From Myxococcales bacterium (GTDB lineage: Bacteria > Myxococcota_A > Polyangia > Polyangiales > Polyangiaceae): a stretch of DNA of 64,000 nucleotides. Position numbers and translations under genes: made by a program. Every line of letters starts with the position of its first letter. Positions within the stretch are counted from its first letter, which is position 1. The stretch covers positions 1-64,000 of the forward strand of contig JAYTOU010000066.1 in the NCBI GenBank assembly GCA_043747615.1. Direction: 5' to 3'. Below are positions 1 to 9,146 of this stretch, piece after piece. The notes beneath the pieces were generated by a model that was given only the letters and a program-made list of their open reading frames with translations, searched no databases and had not been told where the DNA came from.

Positions 1-594
1 TGCGCCGTCGAGCGCGTCTACGTGCACCGCTCGATTTATGCTCGTTTTCTCGAGGCGGCAGAGCCTCTCGTCCGCGCCTACGTGCTCGGCGATCCCCTCG
101 ACGACACGACGACGCTCGGTCCGCTCGCTCAGCCGAATCATCCGTCGAAGCTCGAGGCTCTCGTCGCCGATGCCCGTGCGCGCGGTGCGAGGATCACCGT
201 TGGCGGAAAGCCGACTGCGGTCGACGGGCGCGGCCGCTTCTTCGAGGCCACGCTGATCGCCGGTGCCACGCACGCAATGAAACTGATGAAAGAAGAGGCC
301 TTCGGTCCGCTCCTTCCCATCTGCCCGGTCGACTCCGACGAAGAAGCGCTCGGGCTCATGAACGACTCGGAGATGGGCCTCACCGCGAGCATCTGGACGA
401 GCGATCGGGAGCGCGCGAACGCGATGTCACGCAAGCTCGAGTTCGGCACGGTGTACATGAACCGCTGCGACGCGCTCGACCCCGCGCTGGCCTGGACAGG
501 CGTGAAAAATTCTGGAATCGGACACAGCTTGAGCGCGCTTGGTTTCGATCAGCTCACGCGTCCGAAGTCCATCCACTTCCGCACCGTCTTCTGA
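1..594 (+). CDS. Aldehyde dehydrogenase family protein, C-terminal part (5' end outside window)
   Basis: Frame open from base 1 (CAVERVYVHRS.., with the catalytic Cys); ALDH motifs EEAFGP, MGLTASIWT, WTGVKNSG. Confidence 0.93.
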   Translation, partial: CAVERVYVHRSIYARFLEAAEPLVRAYVLGDPLDDTTTLGPLAQPNHPSKLEALVADARARGARITVGGKPTAVDGRGRFFEATLIAGATHAMKLMKEEAFGPLLPICPVDSDEEALGLMNDSEMGLTASIWTSDRERANAMSRKLEFGTVYMNRCDALDPALAWTGVKNSGIGHSLSALGFDQLTRPKSIHFRTVF

Positions 595-726
595 GGCGCG
601 GCTCCGGAGCTCTCAGGCAACGGTCCCCGCATCGACGTCCGCCGAGGGCGCCACCGAGCTGAAAGAGTGATCGCCATGTGGCGCGATGGGCAACGCGAAC
701 GGGATCGCGTCGCCCCGCCGAAAAGA

Positions 727-1674
727 TCAGAGGCCCGAGAGGCAGCCGTGTTGGCCGCTGTTGTTCGCGTAGCCGGTGTTCGCGGTGTACGCCGCGTTCG
801 ACCATTCGCCCTGGAGCTTCCACTGCGAGCCGTTGGGGAAGGTGACGAGCGGGGCGCCGAAGGACCACGCGCACTTGTCGCCGTTTTCGTTGCCGGAGCC
901 GTCGTACCACGCGCCGGGGCTTGCCGGATCCGTCCGCGCTTCGGCGAGCTCGTGCGCTGTCACGCTCGCGAGCGCCGCGAGGCCTTCGGAGTGCAGACCC
1001 GACGTGTCCTGGGGATCGCACCCCGAGTCTCCGTCGAGGCGCCAGAAGAAGGCAAACTGTACGGGGACGCCGCCGCAAGAGCCGGCGCTGTGCCACGCGC
1101 AGTACGCTGCGTTGCCTCGCGGGACGTCGGTGTAGACGGGGTAGTAGCCGTTGCCGGTCGGGTCCGGGCTCGTGATCATCTTGCAGACCTCGGCCAGAAT
1201 CGCGGACGTCGATCCGCCACCGACTGCCGCGGACGTGTCGACCAAGTGCCCGCTGTACGTTCCCGCCGCGGTGACCGGGCCGTTGGTTCCGGTGTACTCG
1301 TCGGAGGTCCTTGCATAGTTGCTGTTTGAGTGGCCGGCGTACCAGGAGTCGACGCCGGTGATCTTGTCCCCCGCAGACGTGGCGTTCGACCAGCTCGAAC
1401 CCCAGAAGATCGACGTCGCGCTGTACGTGGGCATGATCTTGCCGCCGTGGTTCGTCATGAGGGGCGAGCCGCCGCCGCCGCCCTTGCGCGCCGCATGCGC
1501 CTCACGCGTCCAGTGAGCTCCTCGGGGCGCGAGCTCGGGGCTGTTCCCGTACCCCGCCGTCGTGAGGACGCTGTCCGGCGCTGCTGGTGCGTTCGAAGCC
1601 GAGTCGTCAGCGCTTCCGCAAGCTGCGAGGAGAGCGAGGGCGAGGACCGGGGCAGCAGATTGGAGGACGCGCAT
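727..1674 (-). CDS. Secreted lipoprotein, PHI-1/EXORDIUM-like
   Basis: Lipobox LLAAC; motifs NHGGKIM, IFWG, YCAWHS, HELAEARTDP, WYD..GNENGDKCAW, WKLQGEWSN. Confidence 0.7.
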   Translation of the reverse strand: MRVLQSAAPVLALALLAACGSADDSASNAPAAPDSVLTTAGYGNSPELAPRGAHWTREAHAARKGGGGGSPLMTNHGGKIMPTYSATSIFWGSSWSNATSAGDKITGVDSWYAGHSNSNYARTSDEYTGTNGPVTAAGTYSGHLVDTSAAVGGGSTSAILAEVCKMITSPDPTGNGYYPVYTDVPRGNAAYCAWHSAGSCGGVPVQFAFFWRLDGDSGCDPQDTSGLHSEGLAALASVTAHELAEARTDPASPGAWYDGSGNENGDKCAWSFGAPLVTFPNGSQWKLQGEWSNAAYTANTGYANNSGQHGCLSGL

Positions 1675-1774
1675 GGGAACACCTCTTAATGGTCGGCTTG
1701 GGGCCGCGACGTGGAGCCACGCGGCATAGCACGCCTCTGTCCTGAAGCACGTCAGAACCTGCGAGCCTCTGCAC

Positions 1775-1975
1775 TTATTGCCCCGTCACCTGCCGGCACC
1801 GGTCGACGCAGGCAATGTCATCGACGCACGCCGTATAACAATCGTGGGATTTATCCTGATGCGACGCGCACTTCGGATCGCGCTCGCACTTCTGAGGATC
1901 CTTGGCCGCCGCGGCCTTCACTGTGCTGCAACCAAGTGCCCCAAGACACAGTACGAGCGCACAAAAACACTTCAT
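1775..1975 (-). CDS. Small Cys-rich lipoprotein (66 aa)
   Basis: Signal peptide with ALGC lipobox; six further Cys; TATGAT just upstream of the ATG. Confidence 0.7.
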   Translation of the reverse strand: MKCFCALVLCLGALGCSTVKAAAAKDPQKCERDPKCASHQDKSHDCYTACVDDIACVDRCRQVTGQ

Positions 1976-2010
1976 GCCGCCATCATACGCCTACGCTCCC
2001 CGGGGGTCGC

Positions 2011-3426
2011 CTAGCGCGCGAGGGTGGCGGGTGGCGGCGTTGCTTTCTCCACGGGCGGCCTCTCGCGCAAACACTTGCTCACGGCAGGGTCCAGCCCCTT
2101 CATCGCCGCGGGCAGTCGCGGCCTTCCCATCACCGGCGCGCCGAGGCGCGACCAATCGATCCCGTTGTCCGACACGCTCAACCACACGAAGAGCGCGCGC
2201 CCGCGAATGTTCTCGAAGGGAACGCCTCCCCCCTTGCCGCCCCACCACATGCGCGAGTCGTGGCTGTTGTTGCGGTTGTCGCCCATCACCCAGACCTCGC
2301 CGGGGTTCACGTAGAACGGCCCCTTGTACTCGGGAAAACCGCCCGATGCGTGATCGTAGAGGGTGAGAAACGCTTCGTCGCCGAGGTACTCCACGAAGAG
2401 ATCTCCTTCGTGCCTTCCGCTCGGCGTGTCGATGTCGTTGTAGCCGTAGACGCCGGCGAAACAGTGCGGGACCTCCCAGCCGTTGATCCAGGGGTGCCCA
2501 TTTCGCGCTTCGAGCTTGTCGCCGGGAAGAGCGATCACCCGCTTGATGAAGTCTTGTTCGGGGTGCTCGGGGAAGGCGAAGACCATTACGTCGCCGCGCT
2601 CGGGCGGCATGTGCGTCCATACCCGCGAGTGCGTCCAGGGGATCGCCGGCCCGTACGCGTACTTGTTCACGAAGATATGATCTCCGACCTGCAACGTCGG
2701 GATCATGGATCCGCTCGGGATTTTGAAGGCTTCCACGACGAACGCGCGGAGCCCCATTGCCACGGCGACGGCGACCAAGATCGACTCGACGTACTCGCGC
2801 ACTTCGCTCTTGCGCCAGCGACCGAGGCGGACGTCGACCTCTCCATCCGCCCGGACGAGCGCGTCGATGAACGCGTCTTCGCTGAAGGGCGTCGCGTCCA
2901 TCGCCTTGCGGAGCTCCTCGAGATCGGCCTGCACTTTGTCGCGCTCTTTCGCCGAGAGCTCGCGGATCATCGATTTTTCGTTGTGAGCGAGAATGGCTTC
3001 CGCTTCGTCGATTAGGCCGCGCGCTCGCTCGAAGGGGCCCACGAGGTGCGGCGGAAGATCGGCGCGGTGAGCCGGAAAAGCGTGCGCGGCGAGTGGCAAG
3101 CGGTGACGCACGGCCCACAGCGCCATCTCGAAAAGCGTGAAGGCCACGATGCCGACGGGCACGGGCTGCTCGCGAACGATGGCTTCGATCCAGCCAAGCG
3201 CGCCGTCACGCTCGATCCCGCCGGGCGGCGTGAGCAGCACGACCATGATGCAGGCGAAGGCGAAGGGGAGCATGGCGAACCACACGGCCCAGTACGCCCA
3301 GCGAAACGTGCGCCGCGAAGTAGGCACACTCGGCGGGCGCGCGCTCTCACGGACACCCTCGACGGGTTCGCCGGACGCGGCCTTGGACGGCGCAGCCGAC
3401 TCATCTTCGGGGGGCGTTGAGGTCAT
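2011..3426 (-). CDS. lepB: Signal peptidase I with long N-terminal extension
   Basis: IPSGSMIPTL (catalytic Ser), DFIKRVIALPGD (Lys), MGDNRNNSHDSR. Confidence 0.93.
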   Translation of the reverse strand: MTSTPPEDESAAPSKAASGEPVEGVRESARPPSVPTSRRTFRWAYWAVWFAMLPFAFACIMVVLLTPPGGIERDGALGWIEAIVREQPVPVGIVAFTLFEMALWAVRHRLPLAAHAFPAHRADLPPHLVGPFERARGLIDEAEAILAHNEKSMIRELSAKERDKVQADLEELRKAMDATPFSEDAFIDALVRADGEVDVRLGRWRKSEVREYVESILVAVAVAMGLRAFVVEAFKIPSGSMIPTLQVGDHIFVNKYAYGPAIPWTHSRVWTHMPPERGDVMVFAFPEHPEQDFIKRVIALPGDKLEARNGHPWINGWEVPHCFAGVYGYNDIDTPSGRHEGDLFVEYLGDEAFLTLYDHASGGFPEYKGPFYVNPGEVWVMGDNRNNSHDSRMWWGGKGGGVPFENIRGRALFVWLSVSDNGIDWSRLGAPVMGRPRLPAAMKGLDPAVSKCLRERPPVEKATPPPATLAR

Positions 3427-3633
3427 GACTTAGGACGGATAGCACTAGTCGCCTCGTTTTGCGGCCGCAACGAAGACAAGGTGTACCCGGGCAACACCCG
3501 GGGATTTGCAGGTGTTCCCGCAATCAAGATTTCCGCGGTGAGCACGGCATCGTCCGCGTTCTCGTCGGCCTGAACGAACGGCATCGGGGGTTGCATCGTC
3601 GTGCCCTCTCTCTGTTCCGGGGTCCGCGCTTTT

Positions 3634-5559
3634 TCAGGGATTCAAAAAGGGCACGGTCGGGAGTGCTCGGTGCGTGCGTGCGAGGTACCAGTTCATGCCG
3701 AGCAGTCCGCCGACGCCGACGAAGACCAGGATGAAGGTGATGATCGCGACCATCATGAGCCTTCGCCGCGCGCGACTCGGCCGTCTCTCGTAAGCAGACT
3801 CGGCGATCGGCATCGCCACGGCGGGAACGACCGGCCCCGCGAAAGCCGCAGGGGGCGGCTCCGGAACCCAGCCCGGAACGGGGGTGATCGGCTGTGAGCT
3901 GGAGCGAATGATCAGCGTCTGCTTGTTGCGTAGAAGACGCTCGTGTTGCCGCTCGGGCGGCTCATCGACGATGACGGACGGAAGATCCTGATTGGTGACT
4001 GTGGCCTTCGGTGGCGCCGTCGCCTCCACCATCACTTTGCTTTCCGATGCAGGCGCTACCTTTGCGCGCCCGCGCTGACCCGGCGCTGACTTCGCAGGAG
4101 GCGGGGGTGGCGCGGGCGGCGTGAGAATAGCCTCGCCCGCAACAACGAGAAGCGTGAGAGCGGCCGCACCCGACGCGCCCGGCGGCGGAGGCGGCGGAGG
4201 CGCGGGCGGCGGTGGAGCCGGCGGGGACGGAGCCGGCGGGGATGGAGCAAGTGCCACCGGAGCGGCGATGGGGCTGTTCGCGCGCAAAACCTGGGCGGGC
4301 GGCGCGACGCCCATCATTGTCCTCTTCGCCTGGAGCTTCGCCGCAAGTGTCGTGGGGGCCGGGGCGGCAACGTGTCCGAGACCGGCGGGCGCCGCGAGGT
4401 ACGCGGGCTTCCCGAGTGGCAGCATCGGCGGCGTGATTGCTGGACCCGATGCGGCGTGGGCCGACGCGGTCGGCGATATACCGTGCGCCGAAAATGCGGA
4501 GGCCGGCAGCGGCGCGGATTTCGGTAGTGGCGCTGGGATCGCTGGCGACGGTGCCGCGGCGATGGGGGCCGCAACGCGAGCCGGGGGCGGCGAAACGCTC
4601 GGCAATTTTGCACGGATGGCCGGTGCGACGGGGGCAGCTTGCGGAGCGGCCTCGGTGCGCTGCGCGACGGCTTCTTTCAGGGCCGCCCAAAATGCCTGGG
4701 CGTGCTGAAAGCGATCCGCCGGAACGACCGTCAACGCGCGCGCGATTACGGCCTCGACTGCGGGGGTGGTGCGAATGCCGAGCCCGTGGGCGGACGGGCG
4801 CGCTTGCCGATTGAGCGCGATGGCCTTGAAATCCCCGTCGACCGCCGCTCGATCACGCAGCGCTTCGAGTACGACGAGCGCGAGAGAGTACACATCGGTC
4901 CAAGGGCCAAAAGCTCCGACCTCGGAATCGAAATGCTCGGGAGCAGCGTACGCTGGATCGAACATCCTCGGCTTCATCGCCTTCGGGGCGATTTCTTTCG
5001 TGACCTCGGCGAGCACGTCGGCCATGCCGAAATCGAGCACCTTCAGCGTCGGCGGGGCGCCGCCTGTGGTGACGAAGAAGAAATTGCCTGCGTTCAGATC
5101 GCCGTGAGGCATGCCGGAATCGTGGGCAAATGCGATCGCGGCCACCGCGCCGTCGAGCAGCTCGATCACCTCAGTCAAGGGACGACCGACCAACCCGGCT
5201 TCACGCCGTTTGCGAAAGTCGGAGGCGAGCGAGTGTCCCTCGAGCCATTCGACGACCGTGTACGGAACGTGGGCTCCGTTCGCGCCCGTTGTCATCCCGC
5301 TGCCTATGGTCCGGACGAAGTGCGGATCGCCGCGTGACATGCGGGAATGCGTGCGGTTCTCTTCACGAAACCGGCGAAGGAAATTTTCTGCGGCAGCGGG
5401 ATCGAGCTCGAGCCCGAGCTTCAGACATTTGAGCGCCACGGGCTCTTGAGGGCCGACGTGCTGACCTTTGTAGACGAGGCTGAATCGCCCTTCGCCCGCG
5501 AGACTTTCGACGAGGAAGTGACCTGCCAGCGTTTTTCCAATCAGGCTGAGCGGATCCAC
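3634..5559 (-). CDS. Hanks-type Ser/Thr kinase (divergent), Pro/Ala-rich linker, C-terminal TM helix
   Basis: GEGRFSLVY, VALK, HGDLNAGN, DFG, YAAPE, DVYSL; hydrophobic stretch near the C-terminus. Confidence 0.85.
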   Translation of the reverse strand: MDPLSLIGKTLAGHFLVESLAGEGRFSLVYKGQHVGPQEPVALKCLKLGLELDPAAAENFLRRFREENRTHSRMSRGDPHFVRTIGSGMTTGANGAHVPYTVVEWLEGHSLASDFRKRREAGLVGRPLTEVIELLDGAVAAIAFAHDSGMPHGDLNAGNFFFVTTGGAPPTLKVLDFGMADVLAEVTKEIAPKAMKPRMFDPAYAAPEHFDSEVGAFGPWTDVYSLALVVLEALRDRAAVDGDFKAIALNRQARPSAHGLGIRTTPAVEAVIARALTVVPADRFQHAQAFWAALKEAVAQRTEAAPQAAPVAPAIRAKLPSVSPPPARVAAPIAAAPSPAIPAPLPKSAPLPASAFSAHGISPTASAHAASGPAITPPMLPLGKPAYLAAPAGLGHVAAPAPTTLAAKLQAKRTMMGVAPPAQVLRANSPIAAPVALAPSPPAPSPPAPPPPAPPPPPPPGASGAAALTLLVVAGEAILTPPAPPPPPAKSAPGQRGRAKVAPASESKVMVEATAPPKATVTNQDLPSVIVDEPPERQHERLLRNKQTLIIRSSSQPITPVPGWVPEPPPAAFAGPVVPAVAMPIAESAYERRPSRARRRLMMVAIITFILVFVGVGGLLGMNWYLARTHRALPTVPFLNP

Positions 5560-5594
5560 GAAGCGCTAGGGTAACAGTGACTTGGGAATTATTG

Positions 5595-6653
5595 CTACGG
5601 CGCGTCACCGACCTGAATTACGTAGTTGACGACCGCCGCTCGGTCGTCGAACGGGTTCATCTGCGGGGCGACCGTTCCGGCGCTCGGCGTGTTGTCGAAA
5701 ACCACGAAATACTGGCCTTTTGGCACCGGAAGCATGCGCCGGTACTCCACTCCGGCCTGCACGACGTCCCCGAAAATGGGCGGCCCGGAGAGCGGACCGG
5801 CGACCGGGTAGTCGAAATAAAGACGAAATGATGCGTCGGCCGTGTCCTTGGCGAGCACCAGGACGTCTGCCGCCGGGACGCCGTCGAGGTTCGCGGTCAT
5901 GTACAGCGCGCGGCCGGAGTCTTCGACTTCGATGGGGCCGACGAACTCGCGCTGGTTCTGGTGGATCTCGGTGCGCAGGTTTTCGTACGTGATCCGATCG
6001 CCACCGTGGACGTCGAACGGATGGAACGGGCGCTGCCCTCTTTCGACGATGCCGAGCCCGAAATCAGCGGTCCCGTTCGCTTCGCGGATGACGGTGAAGC
6101 CTTCGCCCAGCTTTCCGCTCACGAGCTGCTTGCCGAAGCTGTCTCCGATGGGGGTGAGCTGGTTCAGAAAATTCGCGACGGGCTGCTCGATGACGTGCGT
6201 CTTGAAATCGCTCGCGGAGACCGCCTTCGTGCGGAAGTACGCATACATCGTGCTCCCGTCCATCAAGAAGTCCTGGTTGTACTCGATCGATCCGGACATC
6301 GTGAACGTGAGCTTCTTCGAAACGTTCGTCCAGGCGTAGCCGTCTCCCGCGAAGGTGACGAAGAGATCGCCGTTCTGGAGCTCGCGCTGCGCGCACGTCC
6401 GCGGATAGAAACGTCCGATGACCGGCGAGTCCTCGCTCATCTTGAGCGGCGCATTGTGGGTCGTCATTTGATGGCAGAATTCACTCAGCCCAAAGGAGAG
6501 AATCGAGCGCCGCAGCGAGCGATTTCCGGGATCGTTGATCGGTCCTTCGATGACCCCGAGCATGCGCTGCCCGGTACCCGCGCACGAGGCGCATCCCTGG
6601 GAAAACAGCAGAAGAATAGCGATGATCGCGGGGACCGCGCGCGCCTTAAGCAT
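5595..6653 (-). CDS. Hypothetical lipoprotein
   Basis: Signal peptide ending SQGC; 352 aa with high GC3; no recognisable motif. Confidence 0.75.
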   Translation of the reverse strand: MLKARAVPAIIAILLLFSQGCASCAGTGQRMLGVIEGPINDPGNRSLRRSILSFGLSEFCHQMTTHNAPLKMSEDSPVIGRFYPRTCAQRELQNGDLFVTFAGDGYAWTNVSKKLTFTMSGSIEYNQDFLMDGSTMYAYFRTKAVSASDFKTHVIEQPVANFLNQLTPIGDSFGKQLVSGKLGEGFTVIREANGTADFGLGIVERGQRPFHPFDVHGGDRITYENLRTEIHQNQREFVGPIEVEDSGRALYMTANLDGVPAADVLVLAKDTADASFRLYFDYPVAGPLSGPPIFGDVVQAGVEYRRMLPVPKGQYFVVFDNTPSAGTVAPQMNPFDDRAAVVNYVIQVGDAP

Positions 6654-6695
6654 GTCTTCCTCGTAGCATGGCCGCCCGTAGTTTAGCCTACGAGT

Positions 6696-7730
6696 ATGAC
6701 TGCTTCAGCTAACCAGAAGGTCGCCGTCCTCGGCGCGGGGTCGTGGGGTACGGCGTTGGCGAAGGTGCTCGCCGAGAAGGGGGACGAAGTCGCTCTTTGG
6801 GCGCGCCGCGAAGATCTCTCCAAGCAGATCAACGAGTCGCGCGTGAACGAGCATTACCTCCCCGGCGCGCGCCTTCCGAGCACCCTGCGGGCCACGCACG
6901 ATCTCAAGAACGCGCTCGAAGGGGCAGGCATGGTGGTCTTCGTATCGCCTAGCCACGCGACGCGCGAGGTCGCAAAGCTCGCCGCACCGTTCGTTCCCGC
7001 AGGTGTGTCGATCGTGAGCGCCACGAAGGGCATCGAGAACGAGTCGCTGATGTTCATGGACGAAGTCCTGGCCGAGGAGCTTGGTCCCGACGCCGCGAAG
7101 CGCCTGACGTTCTTGAGTGGACCGTCCTTCGCGAAGGAGCTCGCAGCTCACCTTCCGACGGCTGTGGTCATCGCCGCTCGCGACGCCAAACGGTGCGACG
7201 ACGTCATGCGCCGCTTCCACTCTCCGTACCTGCGCACCTACGCGAGCCAAGACGTGATCGGCGTGGAGTGCGGCGGCGCGCTCAAGAACGTGATCGCCAT
7301 TGCCGCGGGAACGATCGACGGCCTCGGCCTCGGTCACAACACGCGCGCATTCTTGATCACCCGCGGGCTGGCAGAAGTAGCGAAGCTCTCGATCGCCCGC
7401 GGAGGCAGCGCCCTCACGCTGGCCGGGCTCGCTGGAATGGGAGACCTCGTCCTCACGTGCACCGGCGAGCTCTCGCGTAATCGCACCGTCGGCTTAGAGC
7501 TCGGAAAAGGCCGTAAATTACCGGCGATCCTGGCCTCTCTCGGTCACGTCGCCGAGGGAGTGAAGACCACGAAGAGCGCCTACAATCTAAGCCTCAAGCT
7601 CAAGGTCGACATGCCGATCACGCGCGAGGTGTACGCGGTTCTCTACGAGGACAAGCCGGTCGACAAAGCTCTCGTCGACTTGATGGCGAGGGAGCTCGGA
7701 CCCGAATTCGACCACACCACGACGCACTGA
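6696..7730 (+). CDS. gpsA: NAD(P)H-dependent glycerol-3-phosphate dehydrogenase
   Basis: GAGSWGTALA, ATKGIE, SGPSFAKE, GGALKNVIAI, GDLVLTC..SRN. Confidence 0.97.
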   Translation: MTASANQKVAVLGAGSWGTALAKVLAEKGDEVALWARREDLSKQINESRVNEHYLPGARLPSTLRATHDLKNALEGAGMVVFVSPSHATREVAKLAAPFVPAGVSIVSATKGIENESLMFMDEVLAEELGPDAAKRLTFLSGPSFAKELAAHLPTAVVIAARDAKRCDDVMRRFHSPYLRTYASQDVIGVECGGALKNVIAIAAGTIDGLGLGHNTRAFLITRGLAEVAKLSIARGGSALTLAGLAGMGDLVLTCTGELSRNRTVGLELGKGRKLPAILASLGHVAEGVKTTKSAYNLSLKLKVDMPITREVYAVLYEDKPVDKALVDLMARELGPEFDHTTTH

Positions 7731-7747
7731 CGAGCTACGCTTGCGCG

Positions 7748-8866
7748 ATGCCGCTTAATCGTCCTCGCGCGATCCTTCTTCTCGCTTCGATCTCGCTCGC
7801 CACCGCGGACGACGCCCGCGCGCAGCAACCTTTCCCGCCCCAGCAGCAACAACAATTTCCCCCGCCCCAGCAGCAACAGCAATTTCCCCCGCCCCAGCAG
7901 TACCCGCCCCAGCAGTACCCGCCGCAGAATTACGGGCCGCCGCCCGGGTACGGACAGCCGCCCCCCATGGCGCCGCCGCCGCCCGCGAACGACAAACGCA
8001 GCAACGGCGAGATGACATTCCTTTACGGCACGAGCCTCCTCTACGGAGTGGGGACCGGCATCTGGATCGACGCGCTTGGCAAGATCAGCGATCCGGGGCT
8101 CGCGATCATCGCGCCGCTCGCCCTCGGTGCCGCAGCCCCTATCGGTGTCTATTTCTGGGACGACTACAGCAAGCTCCACAAAGGAGTTCCGTCGTCGATC
8201 GCCACCGGACTTTCGCTCGGCGCGATCGAAGGGCTCGCCGTCGCAGGCGTGCAGTGGCAATCGCAGAGCGGTGGCCCGCGGGCGTGGAGCTTCAAGACCG
8301 AGACGACGGTCACCTGGATTTTTGCGAGCGCCGGCGGCGTCGGCGGCTACGCGTTCGGCGAATGGCTTCGTCCCGATCCGCGGAGCCTCAGCTTCATCGC
8401 CAGCGGCGCGGGTTGGGGAGCGATCACCGGAATCGAGTTCGGCGTTGGCGTGAGCAGCAGTCCCGACTGGAAAGACGGAGCGAGCATCGGCGGCATCGTT
8501 GGATACAACGCGGGCATCGCCGCCACCGGCGCGCTCTCGACGGTCTGGGTGCCGTCCTACAACACGCAGAAATACATGTGGCTCGGCTACCTCGGCGGCA
8601 CCGCGGTGAGCTCGATCGTCTACGTCTTCTACTTGTTCTCGGACTCCGCTCCCAGGCACGGGCTCATCGCCAACAGCGTGGGAGGCCTCGCCGGTCTCGG
8701 ACTTGCCGCAGCCTTCACGGCCAACATGAGGGACGACGACGACACGAAGAAAACGGGGAGCACGGGCCCCCTGCCCTTCCAGCTCGGTTTCACGCCAGCG
8801 CCGCCGATCCCCGGAGGAACTGCGGCCGCGCGCGGAATGATGCTGTCAGGCTTCGGCCAGTTTTAG
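7748..8866 (+). CDS. Hypothetical exported/membrane protein, Gln/Pro-rich N-terminus, multiple Gly-rich hydrophobic segments
   Basis: Signal peptide, FPPPQQQQQ / YPPQQ repeats, C-terminal Phe. Confidence 0.75.
   Translation: MPLNRPRAILLLASISLATADDARAQQPFPPQQQQQFPPPQQQQQFPPPQQYPPQQYPPQNYGPPPGYGQPPPMAPPPPANDKRSNGEMTFLYGTSLLYGVGTGIWIDALGKISDPGLAIIAPLALGAAAPIGVYFWDDYSKLHKGVPSSIATGLSLGAIEGLAVAGVQWQSQSGGPRAWSFKTETTVTWIFASAGGVGGYAFGEWLRPDPRSLSFIASGAGWGAITGIEFGVGVSSSPDWKDGASIGGIVGYNAGIAATGALSTVWVPSYNTQKYMWLGYLGGTAVSSIVYVFYLFSDSAPRHGLIANSVGGLAGLGLAAAFTANMRDDDDTKKTGSTGPLPFQLGFTPAPPIPGGTAAARGMMLSGFGQF
7823..7930 (+). repeat. Coding tandem repeats (cagcaa..tttcccccgccc and cagcagtacccgccc units)
   Basis: Directly visible imperfect 27-nt and 15-nt units encoding QQQQQFPPP and QQYPP. 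Confidence 0.8.
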
Positions 8867-8879
8867 AAAGACGGAAAAG

Positions 8880-9032
8880 TTATTTCGCGGACGGGGCGGC
8901 GACGCTCGCGGGGTCGATTCCGCCGTCGAGATCTGAATCGGGGGTGAGCGGGGGCTTGTCCTTGCCGCCGCACGCGGCTGCGAACGCGGCCAAGATCACT
9001 GCGAGCCCCAACCAACCAAAGATCGATTTCAT
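8880..9032 (-). CDS. Small lipoprotein, 50 aa (MKSIFGWLGLAVILAAFAAACGGKDKPPLTPDSDLDGGIDPASVAAPSAK); not in the ORF track
   Basis: Manual translation; GGAAGG RBS; signal peptide with AAAC lipobox; TAA stop. Confidence 0.75.
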   Translation of the reverse strand: MKSIFGWLGLAVILAAFAAACGGKDKPPLTPDSDLDGGIDPASVAAPSAK

Positions 9033-9050
9033 GGGTTATTGCCCTTCCAC

Positions 9051-9089
9051 AAAAAGCAACAGGGCCCCCCAACGATGGGAGACCCTGCC
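9051..9089 (-). terminator. Probable intrinsic terminator between the two small lipoprotein genes
   Basis: Minus-strand 12-bp hairpin CAGGGTCTCCCA-TCGT-TGGGGGGCCCTG (with G-U pairs) followed by TTGCTTTTT. Confidence 0.6.
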
Positions 9090-9146
9090 AAGACCGGGAG
9101 CCCAACGAGCGCCGCGTGAGCGACGCCGTGCACTCGCCGCAAGTTG

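Noticed and set aside
4170..4245. Repeats of ggagccggcgggga
   Set aside because: Encode the Pro-rich kinase linker (PSPPA); not a CRISPR or REP element
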